From contig JABCSY010000121.1 of the NCBI GenBank assembly GCA_018238625.1, positions 1 through 11,140 on the forward strand: a DNA stretch of 11,140 bases. Direction: 5' to 3'. This DNA comes from Promethearchaeota archaeon (GTDB lineage Archaea; Asgardarchaeota; Lokiarchaeia; Sigyniarchaeales; SOKP01). Under the pieces are notes generated by a model. That model was not told where the DNA came from, searched no databases, and saw nothing but the letters and a program-made list of their open reading frames with translations. Each line of letters starts with the position of its first letter. Positions within the stretch are counted from its first letter, which is position 1. Positions 6,695-11,140 of this stretch are shown in pieces. A program made the position numbers and the translations under genes.

Positions 6695-7570
6695 GTGATT
6701 ACAACGAGGTTAGGTGCGCACATGAGCGTTACAGGGGGTAAATATATGGCTCTTGAGAGGGGAAAGGAGCTTAGGTGTGAAGCCATTCAAGTATTTATAA
6801 GAAGTGTGCGCTCTTGGGCGGCAAAACCTTTAGTACAAAGCGATATTGGCGATTTTCTTAAAAAAAAAGAAGAATTAAAAGAAGAGATTTGGCCAATAAT
6901 TAGTCACAATAGTTACTTAATAAATCTAGCAAGTATCGATAAAGAAAAATTAGAAAAATCTCATAACGCTATGCTAGATGAGTTAATCAAGGCTGACCAA
7001 CTCGGTATCGAATACGATAATATACATCCTGGAGTTATTCCTATGAGCGATAAAAATGAAGTTTCCAAAAAAGAAGCGTTAATTCAAATTGCTAATCAAT
7101 TAAATAAATTAATAGATGAAACTAAAGATTCAAAAGTTATAATATTATTAGAAACTACCGCTGGGCAAGGTAAAGGTTTAGGTAATAAGTTTCATCACTT
7201 AGCTACGATTATAAATAAAATTAAAGATAAAAATAGAATTGGAGTTTGTTTTGATACAGCTCATTCATTTGCAGCAGGCTACGACTTTACTACCAAGAAA
7301 AAATATGACGAGATGTGGAATGAGTTTGACGATATTATTGGATTGAAGTACTTATTTGCTTTTCATTTGAACGATACTGAAAAAGATTTAGGTTCCAGAG
7401 TTGATCGCCATGCTCACATAGGACAAGGAAAGATCGGCAAGGAGCCCTTTGGATTCTTGTTAAATGATGATAAATTTAGAGATCATCCCGGAATTCTGGA
7501 GACTCCAAAAGGCAAAGATATGAAAGAGGATGTAATGAATCTTGCAACTCTTAGATCTCTGAAAAAATAA
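6695..7570 (+). CDS. nfo: Endonuclease IV (AP endonuclease, deoxyribonuclease IV)
   Basis: GTG start. Zn-ligand motifs LGAHMS, HNSYLINLAS, NIHPG, LLETTAGQG, GVCFDTAHSFAAGYD, FHLND, DRHAHIGQGKIG, ILETP. Confidence 0.96.
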   Translation: MITTRLGAHMSVTGGKYMALERGKELRCEAIQVFIRSVRSWAAKPLVQSDIGDFLKKKEELKEEIWPIISHNSYLINLASIDKEKLEKSHNAMLDELIKADQLGIEYDNIHPGVIPMSDKNEVSKKEALIQIANQLNKLIDETKDSKVIILLETTAGQGKGLGNKFHHLATIINKIKDKNRIGVCFDTAHSFAAGYDFTTKKKYDEMWNEFDDIIGLKYLFAFHLNDTEKDLGSRVDRHAHIGQGKIGKEPFGFLLNDDKFRDHPGILETPKGKDMKEDVMNLATLRSLKK

Positions 7571-7622
7571 TTTATTAAATTAATTTAAACTAACATTTTA
7601 AGAAATTATATTTTCTTTTTGA

Positions 7623-7638
7623 CAAAAATGTTTAAATA
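7623..7638 (+). promoter_or_regulatory. Putative archaeal BRE/TATA promoter for the 4Fe-4S protein gene
   Basis: CAAAAATG followed by TTTAAATA (7631-7638), about 80 nt upstream of ATG 7718. The region is AT-rich, so chance matches are possible. Confidence 0.4.
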
Positions 7639-7665
7639 TTTTACTATTAATTTTTATATGAATAA

Positions 7666-7688
7666 AATTCAATTAAAAAAATTGAATT
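7666..7688. promoter_or_regulatory. Palindrome (putative operator or 5'-UTR hairpin)
   Basis: AATTCAATT(7666-7674)-AAAAA-AATTGAATT(7680-7688). Extendable by GAATAA(7660-7665) pairing with TTATTC(7694-7699). Confidence 0.4.
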
Positions 7689-7717
7689 GATATTTATTCT
7701 AATTAAAGGCGAATAAA

Positions 7718-8860
7718 ATGGTTGAAACAAATGATGTTTATAGAAAATTACAGCAGCATATTGATGAGCGTATGCCTGTTGGCTTCCCTCCAAGTGAATC
7801 AGGTGCAGATATAAGGATTTTGAAAAGTCTTTTTACACCTGAGGAAGCAAGTCTTACTTTGAACTTGAGCGCTTTAGCAGAACCTATAGAACGTATTTAC
7901 AAGCGTGTCAAAGATAGTGGGATATCAATCAAAGAATTAGAGGATAAATTAGATATCTTAGTAAGTAAAGGCGTAATTATGGGAGGTAGTTTTAATAGTC
8001 CTGATAAAAAACTCTATAGTACAGCACAATATGCGATTGGAATGTTTGAATTTCAAGTAGATAAACTTAATAAGGAAATAGTCCAAGCAGCTGCAGATTA
8101 TAACAAGAATGTATATTATAAGGAATGGTTTAAAGCAAATGTTCCTACTCAAATGCGAACTATTCCAATAGGGCAGAGCGTTCTTCCCGAGCACCATATT
8201 AGTACCTTTGATGATGTTTCTAAAATAGTTGACAATGCTGATGGACCAGTCTTAATATTTAATTGCGTTTGTAAACAAGAAATGGCTATATTAGGGAAAC
8301 CTTGTAATGTTACAGATATTCCGGACACATGTATGGCATTTGGAACCTTTGCAAAAGGTTTTATAGAATTAGGAGTCGGTCGTGAAATTAATAAAAGTGA
8401 AGCAATGGAACGTTTACAAAAATATCAAGAATTGGGCTTAATTTTGCAACCTAATAACTCACAAGATTCAGCTTTCATCTGCGCCTGTTGCGGAGATTGC
8501 TGTCAAGTTTTACAAATGGTAAAAAAATTTCCTCGACCTGCAGATTATTTTACAACTAATTTTCATGCGATAGTTGATTCTGAAACTTGTGAAGGGTGTA
8601 ATACTTGTGTAGAACGGTGTCAAATGGATGCATTATCTCTTATTAACAATATAGCAACAGTAGACTATGATAGGTGTATAGGATGTGGCAATTGCGTCGT
8701 TACATGCGAATCAGGTGCGATTAAACTCCAAAAAAACGATAAGGAAAAGGTACCCCCCAAAGATTTTGGCGCTCTTTTACAAAAAATTATGATGAAAAAA
8801 AGAGGATTTTTAGGTTCTATGAAAATGATGGGAAAAATGATTTTAAAGAAGCAAATTTAA
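7718..8860 (+). CDS. Cys-rich 4Fe-4S dicluster domain-containing protein of unknown function
   Basis: C-terminal ferredoxin domain CEGCNTCVERC...CIGCGNCVVTC. Central Cys cluster CVC...C...C and ICACCGDCC. The N-terminal helical region (LFTPEEA...KELEDKLDILVSKGVI) has a winged-helix-like pattern. Confidence 0.85.
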   Translation: MVETNDVYRKLQQHIDERMPVGFPPSESGADIRILKSLFTPEEASLTLNLSALAEPIERIYKRVKDSGISIKELEDKLDILVSKGVIMGGSFNSPDKKLYSTAQYAIGMFEFQVDKLNKEIVQAAADYNKNVYYKEWFKANVPTQMRTIPIGQSVLPEHHISTFDDVSKIVDNADGPVLIFNCVCKQEMAILGKPCNVTDIPDTCMAFGTFAKGFIELGVGREINKSEAMERLQKYQELGLILQPNNSQDSAFICACCGDCCQVLQMVKKFPRPADYFTTNFHAIVDSETCEGCNTCVERCQMDALSLINNIATVDYDRCIGCGNCVVTCESGAIKLQKNDKEKVPPKDFGALLQKIMMKKRGFLGSMKMMGKMILKKQI

Positions 8861-8897
8861 AACTACGAACCTAAATTTCTAATAATTTTAATTAAAC

Positions 8898-8914
8898 TTT
8901 TTTTTTACTTTTTT
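8898..8914 (+). terminator. Oligo-T archaeal terminator between convergent genes
   Basis: T9 (8898-8906), AC, T6 (8909-8914), starting 38 nt after the stop at 8860. Confidence 0.5.
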
Positions 8915-8916
8915 AA

Positions 8917-9315
8917 TTAATCAAGAACATTAAACCATACAGCACTTTTATCGTTAACTAAACCATTGTAATTAACTGTGAGTTCCTCCCCTTCTTTAAT
9001 ATCTTTAATAGCAGAGAACTCTATTGCCTTAATTTCGTAATCATATAAATATTTAACGTTAGGTTCAAAAGAGTGATTAATGAATTGAGATATACTGAGC
9101 GTTATAGCATTTTCAAATTCTGATTTGTGCCTAGGATCTTGCCAAATATAGCAATAATCATAAAGGACAGTTTTTTTAATTTTCTCATAATCCTTATTAG
9201 GAATTAAAATTACGTTTGCTATGTCAATTATTGTATTATTTTTAATATCTTTCTTAGCAAACGCGCCTTTTCCTTTCCCTTCAGAGATATGCCTTATCTT
9301 AATATATTCGTTCAT
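8917..9315 (-). CDS. Stand-alone SET-domain protein-lysine N-methyltransferase
   Basis: SET signatures GKGKGAFAKKDI, QFINHSFEPN (NHSxxPN) and DIKEGEELTVNY. No pre-SET or post-SET Cys clusters. The track's GTG start at 9324 is probably part of a GGTG RBS, so ATG at 9315 is preferred. Confidence 0.9.
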   Translation of the reverse strand: MNEYIKIRHISEGKGKGAFAKKDIKNNTIIDIANVILIPNKDYEKIKKTVLYDYCYIWQDPRHKSEFENAITLSISQFINHSFEPNVKYLYDYEIKAIEFSAIKDIKEGEELTVNYNGLVNDKSAVWFNVLD

Positions 9316-9333
9316 AAAAAACACCGATAAAAT

Positions 9334-9921
9334 TTATTCAATCGTAGCATGACGTTTATCGATATCTTTTTCAGTCACTCCCAATAATTCCATCAATGTG
9401 GCTCCGATTGAATCTAATACGGTAAGCGTTGAGATGTCGAATAGAGTTGTGTAAGGTGCAAGTGTTTCCTGAGAAATTGCCTTATCTTTACTTTTCCCAT
9501 CAACTTTAATTATTAAATCCGATAATTTTCCTATAGTACTCTCTGGATTACTCGTTAGTAAAGCAATTTTCCCTTCTATTTGTTTTGCTTTTTGCGCTAT
9601 AGCGACGGGAGAGGTAGTCTCACCGCTTCCGCTTATTAAAACAAGTAAGTCTTCTTTACTATAGCGATGAGTAATTGCATCGGAAACAAAACAAGAATTA
9701 ACCCCTAAATGCATTAATCTCTGAGCAAAGCAGCGACCTACAAAGCCAGATCGCCCAGCTCCATAAACAAAAATCGTTCCATCGTTGGAATTAATTTGAA
9801 TAATCAATTCAATTAATTTTAAAACGTGTGTAGTGTTAATTGTTTTAGAATTTTTTATGATCTGATTTGCTATTTCAAGAATTGTATTTATAAACCTATC
9901 GTACTCTTTTTCGTTATTCAT
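9334..9921 (-). CDS. hxlB: SIS-domain sugar-phosphate isomerase, 6-phospho-3-hexuloisomerase (HxlB/Phi)-like
   Basis: IFVYGAGRSGFVGRCFAQRLMHLG, LISGSGETTS and C-terminal RHATIE (compare RHANLE). Strong RBS GAGGTGA upstream. Some PHI motifs have diverged (see findings). Confidence 0.8.
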   Translation of the reverse strand: MNNEKEYDRFINTILEIANQIIKNSKTINTTHVLKLIELIIQINSNDGTIFVYGAGRSGFVGRCFAQRLMHLGVNSCFVSDAITHRYSKEDLLVLISGSGETTSPVAIAQKAKQIEGKIALLTSNPESTIGKLSDLIIKVDGKSKDKAISQETLAPYTTLFDISTLTVLDSIGATLMELLGVTEKDIDKRHATIE

Positions 9922-9925
9922 ATTT

Positions 9926-9932
9926 TCACCTC
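9926..9932 (-). promoter_or_regulatory. Archaeal Shine-Dalgarno sequence
   Basis: GAGGTGA on the minus strand, 4 nt before the ATG at 9921, inside the 14-nt gap after the upstream stop. Confidence 0.7.
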
Positions 9933-9935
9933 ATT

Positions 9936-11140
9936 TTATTTTTCCTTCGCAGATTCTGGGCGTACACATCGTCTCCATTGATCCACGCTCTCTTTAGGTC
10001 CCAAACCTATTAGTAAATCACCTACTTCGAAAATAAAATCTGATTTGAAACTATATATCCATTTGTCTTTTCGTTTTAGAGCAATTATATGGAACCCTCG
10101 TTTATATCGTTGATCTTGTAATTCATCGTAAGTTTTGTCTTTAAAGTAAGAATCTGCAGATAACGTTTCTCGAACTACGATCTCAGATGTTTCTTCAATT
10201 GCTTTCTGAATGATTACATGAGGTTCAAACCCTTCTAAGATCGTTTCAGCTAAATGAGCCGCAGCATCGGCTATTAATTCGCATGAAAAAACAATTCTCA
10301 TAATTCCCGTCAGATCTCTTGGATTATCAACTAAATTAGCAAAATCTAGAAGATTCTTCTCGAAATTAATATTGAGTCCATCCATTAAGGCTTCCATTTC
10401 GATTACATCTTCTGCTACTTCATAGCTGTTAAAGAACAAAGCTGCGAGTGCTAATTCTATCATTGTTTCAGAGATATCTGTTATTAATACGTAATCTTTT
10501 TTAAGTTCTTGAATCTCCTCAAATATTTCAGGGTTTTTGAGATCAGATTCAGGTTCCTTTTTTTCACCATCAATTTGGAAAGAGATCTCTTCCTCGTCAA
10601 GAGTTAATTTCTTCAATTCTTTAATTAGTTCAAGCTCGCCTTTAATAATTAAAATATCTCCTTTTTCAATTATGATATTCTTATTAAACAACCAATTATC
10701 GCTTCTTTTTATTGCAATTAAGTCGACTCCATGTTGAGATCTAAAATGTACATCATGACGATTCATTCCTACGAGTTTGCAATCCTCTTGGACACATATT
10801 TTTACTATTGGTTCAGGAACTTCGTCCCAAAAGAGTTGCGTAAAGTCAGATATATCGCTATTTATATATACAACGCGGGCAATATCCGCAAGGGCGTCCG
10901 AAATTTTGTCAATTGAATAACCCATTACAACAATTGGCTCCAATCTCTTGGCTTCTTTAACCCCCCCAGTTTGAGTTTGAGTAATTTGTAAATTCAACAG
11001 AAAAGTTAACTCGTGGATACGCTTTTCAATTTTAGTAGTTTCGTCTGCTATCTCTTTACTACCAAATTTAATCGCGCTATAGGCGAGGTCGATCATTAGA
11101 TCAATTTTTTGTTTCATCTCTCTCAAAATATCTTTTAGAG
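9936..11140 (-). CDS. Tandem PhoU-like + TrkA-C (RCK_C) domain protein (COG3273-like, duplicated); 5' end outside window
   Basis: The frame is open to the window edge (LKDILREMKQ...). It has two copies of a helical unit (EMKQKIDLMIDLAYSA...IDKISDALADIA and ISETMIELALAA...CELIADAAAHLA), each followed by an RCK_C-like unit (GVDLIAIKRS...IEKGDILIIKG and GFHIIALKRK...FEVGDLLIGLG). Confidence 0.8.
   Translation of the reverse strand, partial: LKDILREMKQKIDLMIDLAYSAIKFGSKEIADETTKIEKRIHELTFLLNLQITQTQTGGVKEAKRLEPIVVMGYSIDKISDALADIARVVYINSDISDFTQLFWDEVPEPIVKICVQEDCKLVGMNRHDVHFRSQHGVDLIAIKRSDNWLFNKNIIIEKGDILIIKGELELIKELKKLTLDEEEISFQIDGEKKEPESDLKNPEIFEEIQELKKDYVLITDISETMIELALAALFFNSYEVAEDVIEMEALMDGLNINFEKNLLDFANLVDNPRDLTGIMRIVFSCELIADAAAHLAETILEGFEPHVIIQKAIEETSEIVVRETLSADSYFKDKTYDELQDQRYKRGFHIIALKRKDKWIYSFKSDFIFEVGDLLIGLGPKESVDQWRRCVRPESAKEK

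Noticed and set aside
7958-8197. 79-aa minus-strand ORF
   Set aside because: Antisense within the 4Fe-4S protein gene, with no independent support.
10537-10916. Two short plus-strand ORFs (10537-10737, 10731-10916)
   Set aside because: Antisense to the PhoU/RCK_C gene; shadow ORFs.

Overview
AT-rich (roughly 30% GC by eye) archaeal-looking genomic window. GGTG/GAGGTGA ribosome-binding motifs, TATA-type promoters, oligo-T terminators and the gene set suggest an anaerobic archaeon, most likely Asgard/Lokiarchaeia-like; this taxonomy is an inference. Left to right: the 3' end of a probable ABC substrate-binding protein gene; a hairpin-rich ~530 nt intergenic region; a tungsten/molybdopterin aldehyde:ferredoxin oxidoreductase (AOR family); an orphan membrane protein; a coupled FAD-linked oxidoreductase + CCG-domain Fe-S protein pair; two tandem-duplicated small membrane protein genes sharing a 62-bp perfectly identical core; endonuclease IV; a Cys-rich 2x[4Fe-4S] protein; and a minus-strand three-gene unit (tandem PhoU/RCK_C protein, divergent hexulose-6-phosphate isomerase-like SIS protein, stand-alone SET-domain lysine methyltransferase). 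I found no rRNA, tRNA, CRISPR array, transposase, reverse transcriptase or supportable selenoprotein. The best leads are the SET-containing operon, the duplicated membrane genes and the FAD enzyme with a non-canonical active site. None of these can be shown to be a new system from sequence alone.
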